From Acidobacteriota bacterium (lineage in GTDB: Bacteria; Acidobacteriota; Vicinamibacteria; Vicinamibacterales; UBA2999): 24,000 nt of DNA. Positions 15,107-22,767 of the stretch are shown in pieces (within the stretch, counting starts at the first letter, position 1; each line of letters begins with the position of its first letter). The DNA is taken from assembly GCA_032156805.1 (NCBI GenBank), contig JALDXQ010000044.1, positions 13,546 to 37,545 on the forward strand, given 5' to 3'. Position numbers and translations under genes: made by a program. The notes beneath the pieces are model-generated. The model ran no database searches. It saw only the letters and a program-made list of their open reading frames with translations, and was not told the DNA's origin.

Positions 15107-15846
15107 TACGCCGCCAGCGTGATCGAGACGGTATCGGGCGAGTCAGCTGGCCGATAGGCCAGGTGCACTGTTCGCTCGCGAATCTCGATGACCGTGTGGC
15201 TGACCGTGCGCGCGTCCGCACGCCGCATGCGTACGCTGACCTCTTCTCGCCCACGCCATTGATGCAGATGAAAGAGATCCTCGGCGGCAATTGGATCGCG
15301 TGCAGCGGCAAGGAACGTCTTGAACAAGGCCGCGCGCGGGCCGGCGGCGAGATCGTCCCCCAGTCCCGATGACGATCGGATCACGGCCTTGCTGAGGACC
15401 GTCCGCCGGTGCTCGACGGTTGCGCCGTCTGTCCGGCATTCGACGAGCTCGCGGCCGTCAACGATGAGGAGCCGGAACGGCAGGTATCGGTGAGCCGGTA
15501 GCTCACGCGCCCACATGAGCGCCGAATCGACATCGCCGTATCCGAGCAGTTGCGGAATGATCGTGCCGCGGCTCAGCGGCATGGGGATGTTCCGTGAACC
15601 GCCGGAGACATTCAGCAGCGTGCATGCCAGCCCGGCGTCGTTGACCGCGATCCACGTGCCGCCTCCGTCGGGATCAACAGGCATGATCGCCAGCCGCGAT
15701 CCGATGCGCGTGATCGTCGGCGGCCACGCTGCCGAACGCGTCGTCAACTCGTCGCGGTTGCAGGCGAGGCGCCAACGGACCCCTTCGCCATGCCTGTCGC
15801 CCCGCCCCGCGAGGAGGACCTCCGGCAGAACGGTCACTGTGCACAT
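15106..15846 (-). CDS. NRDE-family protein (TANGO2 homologue)
   Basis: The family-typical N-terminus MCTVTVL is present (ATG at 15846; the track begins two codons earlier at the GTG at 15852). The NRDE signature is RLACNRDELTTR. Length is ~245 aa. Confidence 0.8.
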   Translation of the reverse strand: MCTVTVLPEVLLAGRGDRHGEGVRWRLACNRDELTTRSAAWPPTITRIGSRLAIMPVDPDGGGTWIAVNDAGLACTLLNVSGGSRNIPMPLSRGTIIPQLLGYGDVDSALMWARELPAHRYLPFRLLIVDGRELVECRTDGATVEHRRTVLSKAVIRSSSGLGDDLAAGPRAALFKTFLAAARDPIAAEDLFHLHQWRGREEVSVRMRRADARTVSHTVIEIRERTVHLAYRPADSPDTVSITLAA

Positions 15847-16355
15847 GGCCACTGCACGGACTGCGACGGCGTCGCCGGCGCGAGCCCGAAGCGTTCATCC
15901 ATGCCGATACCGCGTGACGCGAGCAGGTGAGCGATGAGGGCGTTGTGGTGGATCGTGTGACTCGTCACAAACATGAGCTCGCGTCCGAGTGTTGACATCG
16001 TGACGACCGTGGTCCCGTCCGTATCGAGCTGGCTTTCGACTGCGACCGGCACATCACCGACGTCGGTGCCAGTCTGCCGGAGATCGGTCACCAGGTCGTT
16101 GATGCGCTGAAGTGCCGACGGCCGGGAACGCTCGACGGGAGTGCCACGAGCCCGGCGATCGTACGCGCACAACCCCGTTCGGGTCGCGGCGATGAGAGTG
16201 TTCACGTGGTCCAGACAGTGACGGACGTGGCCACCGATACTGCCGCTGGCCCGGCCGGGGGCCGGCGCGGCGTAGCTGTCATCGTCGATGCGCTCGATCA
16301 TCGAACGCATGTCGTCGAGCAGCTCGAGGAGTGCGTGAATCACCGGTGCGGTCAT
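15834..16355 (-). CDS. DinB_2-like (DinB/YfiT superfamily) protein
   Basis: Only the C-terminal 174 aa of track ORF 15834..16940 look like protein: MTAPVIHALLELLDDMRSMIERIDDDSY...IGGHVRHCLDHVNTLI...LMFVTSHTIHHNALIAHLL, with His-containing helices of the DinB fold. The upstream part of that ORF is an Arg/Pro-rich alternate frame of the DoxX gene. Confidence 0.7.
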   Translation of the reverse strand: MTAPVIHALLELLDDMRSMIERIDDDSYAAPAPGRASGSIGGHVRHCLDHVNTLIAATRTGLCAYDRRARGTPVERSRPSALQRINDLVTDLRQTGTDVGDVPVAVESQLDTDGTTVVTMSTLGRELMFVTSHTIHHNALIAHLLASRGIGMDERFGLAPATPSQSVQWPCAQ

Positions 16356-16363
16356 GACAGGCC

Positions 16364-16783
16364 TCAGAGGGTGGCGGAACGGGTGTGAAGCCACATCCCG
16401 ATGAGAGGAATCTCGCCTCGACGGAGCACGAGAATGGTGGCGGAGGCGGTGAACACGATGACCGCGAGGGCGAACAACAGGCCTCCGTCGCCCTGGATTT
16501 CGATTCCGAGGACCGCGAGGTGGCTGCCGATTGCTCCAACCATCAGCGCGAGCGCGAGCGCCGCGCCGAGCGTGGCAGTCGCAGGTGTGAGCAACAGGAT
16601 GGAGGCGATGAGCTCGGCGACGCCGGACCCGATGCGCCCCCATGGCTCGGCGCCGAGAGTCGAGAAGATATAGACAGACTCGGCCGCCCCGGTGAATTTG
16701 AAGAACAGCGTCTGCAGCAGGATGCCCGCCACGGCCAGTTGCAGCGCCCAGCTCACGATCGCTTGTGCGTTCCACGTCTTCAT
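16364..16783 (-). CDS. DoxX-family integral membrane protein
   Basis: 139 aa with four hydrophobic helices: WALQLAVAGILLQTLFFKFTGAAESVYIF...GSGVAELIASILLL...ALALALMVGAIGSHL...GLLFALAVIVFTASATILVL. It ends 8 nt before the DinB_2-like start. Confidence 0.8.
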   Translation of the reverse strand: MKTWNAQAIVSWALQLAVAGILLQTLFFKFTGAAESVYIFSTLGAEPWGRIGSGVAELIASILLLTPATATLGAALALALMVGAIGSHLAVLGIEIQGDGGLLFALAVIVFTASATILVLRRGEIPLIGMWLHTRSATL

Positions 16784-16973
16784 GACTGCTCCCTTCAGGC
16801 GGTGACGATGCTGTCGGCCTGTGCCGCTTGGATGACAGGGATCGCCGGCACGTTACGAGCGACCCGGGTGAAACCGGGCGACGGCCGGTGGCATCCAACG
16901 TCTGGCGGCTCATGTCATGAACGTTCAGCATCGGTGGCATCGAGATGACTCACTGTCAGCGCGCCGGCATCGG

Positions 16974-18119
16974 ATGTGGCGTCTTATCGTGTCGTCGTGG
17001 CTGCGGCTCGCGAAGTGGGAATACTGGCCGGCATGGTTGGCCTATGTGCCAGTGGCCGGTTGGATCGCCTTCCTGGCGATCAAACACCGGAGCCTGCTCG
17101 TGTTCACCGCGGCCAACCCGGCGATCGTTGCCGGAGGGGTCGTCGGCGAATCGAAGATCGCCATCCTCGAGGGACTGTCTCGATTTGGCAGTGGTGTTGC
17201 GCGCAGCGAGCTGATCGCAGGCAGCCTTCCGGCGCGGATGAAGCATGAACGCGCCGATGCATTTCTTCAGCGGCACCAGCCGCTGCCGGTCGTGCTCAAG
17301 CCAAATGAAGGTCAACGCGGGTCCGGCGTGGTTGTCGCGCGTACCCATCGGCAGCTCTACGCGCATCTCGACCGCATTAAGGTCGACACGATCATTCAGG
17401 AGTACGTGCCAGGGCTCGAGTTCGGCGTGTTCTATTGCCGGCGGCCGTCAGAGCTGCGCGGGCGCATCATTTCGGTGACTGAAAAGCGGCTGCCGTTCGT
17501 CGTGGGAGACGGATGCCGCCCCCTCGAACGGCTCATCCTCGACGACCCCGAGACGATCGGGATGGCGCGCCTTCACTTGAACAGGAAGCGCCTGCAGTTG
17601 GCTGACGTTCCGGGGCAGGGCGAAGTCGTTGCGCTCGGAGATCTCGGCACGCACAGTCGCGGCGCACGTTTCTACGACGCACACCAGTTGATCACACGCG
17701 AACTCGAGCGGGCATTCGACCAGCTGTCGAAAGGCTTCGAGGGCTTCTACTTCGGTCGATACGACGTCCGCGTGCCATCGATCGAGGACTTCCAGCGTGG
17801 CCGCGGCATCACGGTGCTCGAGCTGAACGGCGTGACCTCTGAAGCGACGCATATCTACGACCCCCGCATCGGACTGGTCGAAGCCTACCGCGTCCTGTTC
17901 GAGCAGTGGCGTCTGGCCTTCGAGATTGGAGCGGAAAACGTCAGGCTCGGCGCGCCGCTGACATCGCTCCGGGCGTTGGCCCAGCTGCTTCTCAGCTATC
18001 GCAAGAGCTCAGAGGGTCACCTCGAGGAGCAGCCAGGTGAGGCCGGCGATGACCCCGTGCGGAATCAAAGCGCTGCGGCGATGGCGCCCGCTGTGGGACG
18101 TCGTGCCAATCACGCCTAA
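16974..18119 (+). CDS. ATP-grasp fold ligase-like protein with N-terminal hydrophobic anchor
   Basis: VVLKPNEGQRGSGVVV (ATP-binding Lys loop), TIIQEYVPGLEFGVFY (hinge) and ITVLELNGVTSEATHIYD (Mg/E-x-N region). The N-terminus has WEYWPAWLAYVPVAGWIAFLAI. The start is ambiguous: the track gives 16917, and I use the ATG at 16974. The last 37 codons are antisense to the LtrA gene. Confidence 0.7.
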   Translation: MWRLIVSSWLRLAKWEYWPAWLAYVPVAGWIAFLAIKHRSLLVFTAANPAIVAGGVVGESKIAILEGLSRFGSGVARSELIAGSLPARMKHERADAFLQRHQPLPVVLKPNEGQRGSGVVVARTHRQLYAHLDRIKVDTIIQEYVPGLEFGVFYCRRPSELRGRIISVTEKRLPFVVGDGCRPLERLILDDPETIGMARLHLNRKRLQLADVPGQGEVVALGDLGTHSRGARFYDAHQLITRELERAFDQLSKGFEGFYFGRYDVRVPSIEDFQRGRGITVLELNGVTSEATHIYDPRIGLVEAYRVLFEQWRLAFEIGAENVRLGAPLTSLRALAQLLLSYRKSSEGHLEEQPGEAGDDPVRNQSAAAMAPAVGRRANHA

Positions 18120-19097
18120 GGCCACCATCACGAGGAGAATGGCCGAGCACAGGATTGCCAGCTCCGGGAGATGCACCGGTGCGACCGTTGCCGTCGTGAT
18201 GATGTGTTCCACGCCGACGCCGGCGACGGCGATGCCGAGATAGAGCGGAAGGTGCGCGTAGCTCCAGACGTGAAACCGCACGGCGTCTCCTCGCGACCGT
18301 ACGAAGCGCTCTCCCGCTCCGTCCACACCATCGAAGTAGCACCACCAGATTGAGAAGACCATCGCCATGCCGAGAATGGCAGCCGAGGCGGCGACGGGAC
18401 TCCAGTGCTCCTGGTGGCTCATCCCGGTCATGACGGCGACCATCGACTCGCCGAGCAGGATGATGCTGAACAGCCCATAGCGCTCGGGTAAGTGCGCGGC
18501 GTCGTGCGGGACCTCGACCAGGTGACGCGTGGAGACGAGTGGGGTACCGAGGTCCACAATCAGCGCGATCGCCCAGATCCAGTACCGCTCGGGAGCCGGC
18601 ACCAGCGCCGATACCAGCCACAACAGGGCGGCGATAGCAGCGCTGAGGGCGTACCGGTTTGCGAGTGCCCGCGACTTCTGGATGCACCTGGCTCGTAGGT
18701 ATTGCAGCGCGAGGACGAGCCGCATCGCCGAGTAGGCGGCGGCGAAACCGGCCGAGTCCCGGCTGTCGAGCGCGCCGGTGGAGTTGATCGCCATCACCGC
18801 GACGAGAAAGATCTGCAGCGCGGTCAGTCCTCGCTGGACGAGGTCGTCAGTGTCGAAGCGCGTGGAGAAGTTGGTGTGACCGAGCCAGGCCCACCAGATC
18901 AGCACGAAGAGCAGCGCAAATCGCATCAGGCCGGCCGGCGAGTAATCGTCCTGAAGATGGGTGCCCACTTGTGCCACAGCTGCCACGAAGATGAGATCGA
19001 AGAACAGTTCCATCCACGTGACACGTCTGCCGGGCTCGAGCCCATGCTCCGATCGCAGGCGCGGCGGTTGAATCAGCGTTCGTATCGCGCTCGACAT
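18009..19097 (-). CDS. Low-temperature-requirement protein A (LtrA) family membrane protein
   Basis: The family signature VTWMELFFDLIFVAAVAQ appears near the N-terminus, and there are ~10 TM helices. The start lies 7 nt after the SDR stop. Confidence 0.8.
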   Translation of the reverse strand: MSSAIRTLIQPPRLRSEHGLEPGRRVTWMELFFDLIFVAAVAQVGTHLQDDYSPAGLMRFALLFVLIWWAWLGHTNFSTRFDTDDLVQRGLTALQIFLVAVMAINSTGALDSRDSAGFAAAYSAMRLVLALQYLRARCIQKSRALANRYALSAAIAALLWLVSALVPAPERYWIWAIALIVDLGTPLVSTRHLVEVPHDAAHLPERYGLFSIILLGESMVAVMTGMSHQEHWSPVAASAAILGMAMVFSIWWCYFDGVDGAGERFVRSRGDAVRFHVWSYAHLPLYLGIAVAGVGVEHIITTATVAPVHLPELAILCSAILLVMVALGVIGTTSHSGRHRRSALIPHGVIAGLTWLLLEVTL

Positions 19098-19104
19098 GGT
19101 GTCC

Positions 19105-19845
19105 TCAGAGGAGATGGCGACCGCCGTCGACGCGAATTGTTTCGCCCGTGATGAAGTCGGTTTCGAGCAGCGCGACGACGGCTTTCGCGATCTCGATCTC
19201 GCCGCCCCAGCGCTTCACCGGCGTGGCGTTGGCGACCGCGGTGACCTCGTCCGGCGGCATGTCGGGTGGCGGGAGGATCGGTCCCGGGGCGATTGCATTG
19301 ACGAGGATCTGATCGGCGGCGAGCTCCAACGCGAGCGCCTCGGTCAACGCGATGACGCCCGCCTTGGCCACGTAGTACGAGACAAATCCCAGGTATGCAG
19401 GACGGCCGCTGCGCGCCAGCCAATCGGCGAAGTTGACGATCCGCCCGCCTCCGGCGGCCCGCATGACGGGCACTGCGGCCTTCGCGCAGAGGAAGGCTGA
19501 CTTCAGATTGATGTCGAGGTCCCTGTCCCAGCTCGCGTCGGTGAGCTCGTTGAACGGTGTACTGCCGTAGACCGACGCCATGTTCACGAGCGCATCGACT
19601 CGACCGAACGTGTCGACGGCTGCCGCGACGAGTGCATCGCAATCGGCGGCCTTCGAGACGTCCGCGACGACCGATATCGCCCGCCGGCCGAGCGCGCGCA
19701 CGTCGCCCGTGGTGGCTTCGGCTTCGTTCTTCGATCCGCGATACGACAACACCAGGTCGGTGCCTCGACGCGCGAGCGCTGTCGCGACGATGCGACCGAT
19801 CCGCTTGCCGCCGGTAATCACCACTACACGATTCTCGAGTTCCAT
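19105..19845 (-). CDS. Short-chain dehydrogenase/reductase (SDR) family oxidoreductase
   Basis: VVVITGGKRIGRIVA (a TGGxxRIG-type Rossmann motif, as in pteridine-reductase/FolM-like SDRs), NMAS, the catalytic YYVAKAG (YxxxK), and NAIAPGPI. RBS GAGGA lies upstream. Confidence 0.9.
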   Translation of the reverse strand: MELENRVVVITGGKRIGRIVATALARRGTDLVLSYRGSKNEAEATTGDVRALGRRAISVVADVSKAADCDALVAAAVDTFGRVDALVNMASVYGSTPFNELTDASWDRDLDINLKSAFLCAKAAVPVMRAAGGGRIVNFADWLARSGRPAYLGFVSYYVAKAGVIALTEALALELAADQILVNAIAPGPILPPPDMPPDEVTAVANATPVKRWGGEIEIAKAVVALLETDFITGETIRVDGGRHLL

Positions 19846-19973
19846 GTGTCCTCAGCTGGTTGTTTGAGTGGGCCCGCCCAGCGATTGAGATGCCGGGAAG
19901 ACACGCTGGTTTCGCGCCCGACGGTAACCACGCCACTCGTCTGTGCATCGAACGGGCATCTGGAGCAGCCACG

Positions 19974-20264
19974 GTGGCCCTGACTACTGCCGAATTCATC
20001 GTAAACGCAGCAACCGGTTACCTCGCTTGTGGTGTGGGGTTCGCGATTGTGTTCGTCTGGCGGTGGGTGGGCGTTGCCGACCCGGCGGCGAAACATGGCT
20101 CGGCCGGCTTCCGCATCCTGATCGTTCCAGGCGTTGCGATGCTCTGGCCGCTCTTCGTGGTGCGCCTGCTGCGAGGTGTAAACGAGCCACCCGAGGAGTG
20201 GACGGCGCATCGGGCGGCGGCTCTCCATTCACAGCGCCGACAAGAGATCGAGGCCCTCAGATGA
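19974..20264 (+). CDS. Small two-TM membrane protein, unknown function
   Basis: The track ORF starts at 19860, only 14 nt from the divergent SDR start. The GTG at 19974 has GGAG (19962-19965) 8 nt upstream. Predicted helices are FIVNAATGYLACGVGFAIVFVW and FRILIVPGVAMLWPLFVVRLL. The stop overlaps the next start as ATGA. Confidence 0.5.
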   Translation: MALTTAEFIVNAATGYLACGVGFAIVFVWRWVGVADPAAKHGSAGFRILIVPGVAMLWPLFVVRLLRGVNEPPEEWTAHRAAALHSQRRQEIEALR

Positions 20265-20368
20265 TTCGGCCGCTTCGAAAAGCTCACGCGGTGGTCATCG
20301 TCGTCCTCTCGGTTCTGCTTCCAGTACTGGTTGCCGTGGCCCTTGCGGCACGGCGGCCGCTGCCATGA
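20261..20368 (+). CDS. 35-aa single-TM mini-protein, unknown function
   Basis: MIRPLRKAHAVVIVVLSVLLPVLVAVALAARRPLP lies in the frame of track ORF 19943..20368. It is bracketed by ATGA overlaps at both ends (20261-20264 and 20365-20368), which is the main argument that it is translated. Confidence 0.4.
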   Translation: MIRPLRKAHAVVIVVLSVLLPVLVAVALAARRPLP

Positions 20369-21402
20369 GCACGGCTTACAAGGCCGTCGGCTGGAATCGC
20401 CAGAAGCGCCGGTATGACGCCGTGATTGCGGGAGGCGTCTGTGGCTATCTCGGTCTGTTCGTTGCGGGATCACTCCTGAGAGATCCGGGCGCGACGATCG
20501 AGACAGCGCTGATCCGCGCGTTCGGAACCGCGGCGTTCCTGACGCTGACGGTCGCGTTGAGCATCGGGCCTCTCTGTCGTCTGGACCGCCGGTTCCTGCC
20601 GCTCCTCTACAACCGGCGGCATCTGGGAGTCACGACGTGTCTGCTCGCGATCGCGCACGGGGCGTTCGCGATCGTGCAGTTTCACGCCCTGGGCGACGTG
20701 AACCCCGTCGTGAGCGTCCTGGTCACGAGCGGCGACTACCAGAGCCTCACCGATTTTCCTTTCCAGCAACTGGGATTGATCGCACTCATCATCCTGGCGC
20801 TCATGGCCGCGACCAGCCACGACTTCTGGCTGCGTGCCTTGAGTGCGCCCGTATGGAAGTCGATGCACATGCTCGTGTACGTCGCGTATTCACTCGTCGT
20901 GGCGCACATCGCCCTCGGTGCCCTGCAGGCCGAGCGTCACGTGATCCTGCCCGTGATGGTGTTCGTCGCCATGATTGTGACCCTCACGCTTCATGGTCTC
21001 GCGGCGCGCGGCGAGCGCCGGGCGGATGCCAATCGCAACGGCGACGACTTCGTCGACGTCTGTGCGGCAGCAGAGATTCAGGAAGGACGCGGGAAGACCG
21101 TGTGTCTTGCCGGTGAGCGGGTGGCGGTTTTCCGCTACGGCGGCAAGGTCTCCGCGGTGTCGAATGCATGCCGTCACCAGAACGGGCCCCTTGGCGAGGG
21201 CAAGATCGTCGGCGGCTGCATTGTCTGTCCGTGGCACGGTTACGAGTACGTGCCCAGCTCGGGCCGTGCCCCTGCACCGTTCACCGAGCGGCTGCCAACC
21301 TTTGACGTCCGAGTAGAGCGAGGGCGCGTGCTCGTGCGGCCGACTGCTCATCCCGCCGGCACGTTCGTCGAGCCGGCAGTCGTCGATCGAGGTGTTGCGT
21401 GA
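20365..21402 (+). CDS. Ferric-reductase-like (FRD/YedZ-type, heme b) transmembrane domain fused to a C-terminal Rieske [2Fe-2S] domain
   Basis: The N-terminal ~215 aa are polytopic with paired His in helices (RRHLGVTTCLLAIAHGAFAIVQFH; SMHMLVYVAYSLVVAH, an H-x12-H pattern). The C-terminus has CRHQNGPLGEGKIVGGCIVCPWH, which is C-x-H-x16-C-x2-H, the Rieske cluster-binding signature. Confidence 0.8.
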   Translation: MSTAYKAVGWNRQKRRYDAVIAGGVCGYLGLFVAGSLLRDPGATIETALIRAFGTAAFLTLTVALSIGPLCRLDRRFLPLLYNRRHLGVTTCLLAIAHGAFAIVQFHALGDVNPVVSVLVTSGDYQSLTDFPFQQLGLIALIILALMAATSHDFWLRALSAPVWKSMHMLVYVAYSLVVAHIALGALQAERHVILPVMVFVAMIVTLTLHGLAARGERRADANRNGDDFVDVCAAAEIQEGRGKTVCLAGERVAVFRYGGKVSAVSNACRHQNGPLGEGKIVGGCIVCPWHGYEYVPSSGRAPAPFTERLPTFDVRVERGRVLVRPTAHPAGTFVEPAVVDRGVA

Positions 21403-22172
21403 GTGACGACTTTTACATCGGCTACGAGCCCGAGATGCCCGCTGGACTGTCAGCGTTGATGCGCGTGACGGTGGTGTCAGTGGTGATTCTGTCGCTCGTG
21501 ACTGGCGGGCTACTCGTGCGGGCGCAGGCACAATCGTCGCCCGGGACCTTTCACTACGGTGACGTGCGCTCGTTCTCGGGTCTCATTGTCGAGCAGCCGT
21601 TTCCCGCGCTCGAGGTAATCAGTGAGTCTGGACAATCAGAGTGGCACTGGCTCGTCGGGCCGGGAAAGCGCGGTGCGGCGATGCTCGTTGCCGGCCTCGA
21701 TGGCCGGCGTGTGAAGCTGTCAGGCACGCTCATCGAACGAGACGCCGACCTCATGATCGAGGTTGTTCCCGAGAGCGTGACGACGATCTCAGTCGACACC
21801 GTGCCTGGCCCTGCGATTCACGCCGTCGGCGTGACGACGTTGGACGGCGAGATCGTCGACAGCAAGTGCTACCTCGGCGTGATGAAGCCGGGCGATGGGC
21901 CCACGCACAGGGACTGCGCCGTCCGCTGCCTCCTCGGCCAGGTCCCCGCGATGCTGGTCGTGCACGAACCGGGGTGGGTGCGGCGGGTTGCGCTCATCGC
22001 ATCTGACACTGCTGCATTCGACAGGATGCTGCCCGAACTGGCGGGCAGGCCGGTCCGCGTGCGCGGCACGCTGTTCGTTCGTGGAGGACAGCGGTTCTTA
22101 TCCGTGCTGCCTAGCGACGTCTCGGTGCGGCATGCGACGGATGAGCCAGTTGCAACTCCAGGTCTCAGGTGA
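21399..22172 (+). CDS. Membrane-anchored protein with internally duplicated beta-rich module and Cys/His motif, unknown function
   Basis: The GTG start overlaps the upstream stop as GTGA. There is one TM (LSALMRVTVVSVVILSLVTGGLLV). Two similar modules are present (SGLIVEQ...GRRVKLSGTLIERDADLMIEV and DGEIVDS...GRPVRVRGTLFVRGGQRFLSV). The second carries C-x15-C-x3-C with His (DSKCYLGVMKPGDGPTHRDCAVRC). Confidence 0.6.
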   Translation: MSDDFYIGYEPEMPAGLSALMRVTVVSVVILSLVTGGLLVRAQAQSSPGTFHYGDVRSFSGLIVEQPFPALEVISESGQSEWHWLVGPGKRGAAMLVAGLDGRRVKLSGTLIERDADLMIEVVPESVTTISVDTVPGPAIHAVGVTTLDGEIVDSKCYLGVMKPGDGPTHRDCAVRCLLGQVPAMLVVHEPGWVRRVALIASDTAAFDRMLPELAGRPVRVRGTLFVRGGQRFLSVLPSDVSVRHATDEPVATPGLR

Positions 22173-22683
22173 AGGGTGCCAGTTTCTTGAACGTGGCCAG
22201 AACCCATCGATAGCCGTCCGGGTCGGTCACGACCGAGGTCCGGTCACCCCACGGCTGATCTTCAGCGTCGGTCACACCAGCGCCCGCTTTGCGTGCGTCC
22301 GCAGCCGCGCGATCGACGTCGCTGACGTACGTATACAATGCTGCCGCCCCTCCACTCGCCGTAGCGGGATCGCCGCGGCGCACCAGCATGATCACGGATT
22401 CGCCGTGACGCATCTCTGCGTACCGAACCTGACCGTCCGTGTCGGGAAGCACGACACCACGCGTGAACGCAAACGCGCGCTCGAGAAAGTCGATTGATGC
22501 GCTGACGTTGGCGACGGCCAGATATGTGTTGACGGTTTGCATCCCAGGTGCGAGGCCGCTGGTGGCCTCGGTTTGCCGAGCAGCAGCGGTCTGGGATGAC
22601 GCGACGGCATTTCGGGGACTTCGCTTCCTGGTCGCGCGGCGTTTAGAGGAACGGACGGTGGTGGGTCGTTTTCGTGGCGGCAT
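22165..22683 (-). CDS. VOC (glyoxalase/bleomycin-resistance/dioxygenase) family protein, possibly with a basic N-terminal extension
   Basis: The VOC core runs from MQTVNTYLAVANVSASIDFLERAFAF ... to VTDPDGYRWVLATF. The start is uncertain. The track start at 22797 would overlap the divergent DUF1800 start. The ATG at 22683 adds a Lys/Arg-rich 47-aa leader, and the ATG at 22542 gives the bare domain. Confidence 0.65.
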   Translation of the reverse strand: MPPRKRPTTVRSSKRRATRKRSPRNAVASSQTAAARQTEATSGLAPGMQTVNTYLAVANVSASIDFLERAFAFTRGVVLPDTDGQVRYAEMRHGESVIMLVRRGDPATASGGAAALYTYVSDVDRAAADARKAGAGVTDAEDQPWGDRTSVVTDPDGYRWVLATFKKLAPFT

Positions 22684-22767
22684 GGTCGCGGAGTATCTTA
22701 TGCCGCGATCGTGGACGGGACGCGAAGTCCTTCCCGGGACCGGACGCCAGGCCTGGAGGGTGTTGTC

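Noticed and set aside
9652-16355. The two 174-aa DinB-superfamily genes (9652..10173 and 15834..16355) as a recent duplication.
   Set aside because: The sequences share only the general His-bearing helix pattern and are not alignable by eye at the residue level. They look like different subfamilies (DinB versus DinB_2), and the equal length is coincidental.
16356-16940. The N-terminal 195 codons of the 368-aa track ORF 15834..16940, which would make a single large gene.
   Set aside because: That portion is an Arg/Pro-rich alternate frame of the DoxX gene (16364..16783), which has four clean TM helices. Only the C-terminal 174 aa, starting at the ATG at 16355, look like a DinB-fold protein.
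19073-19999. 308-aa minus-strand ORF overlapping the SDR gene in another frame.
   Set aside because: The SDR frame (19105..19845) has Rossmann and YxxxK motifs. This ORF is an alternate frame dominated by Arg/Gly/His runs.
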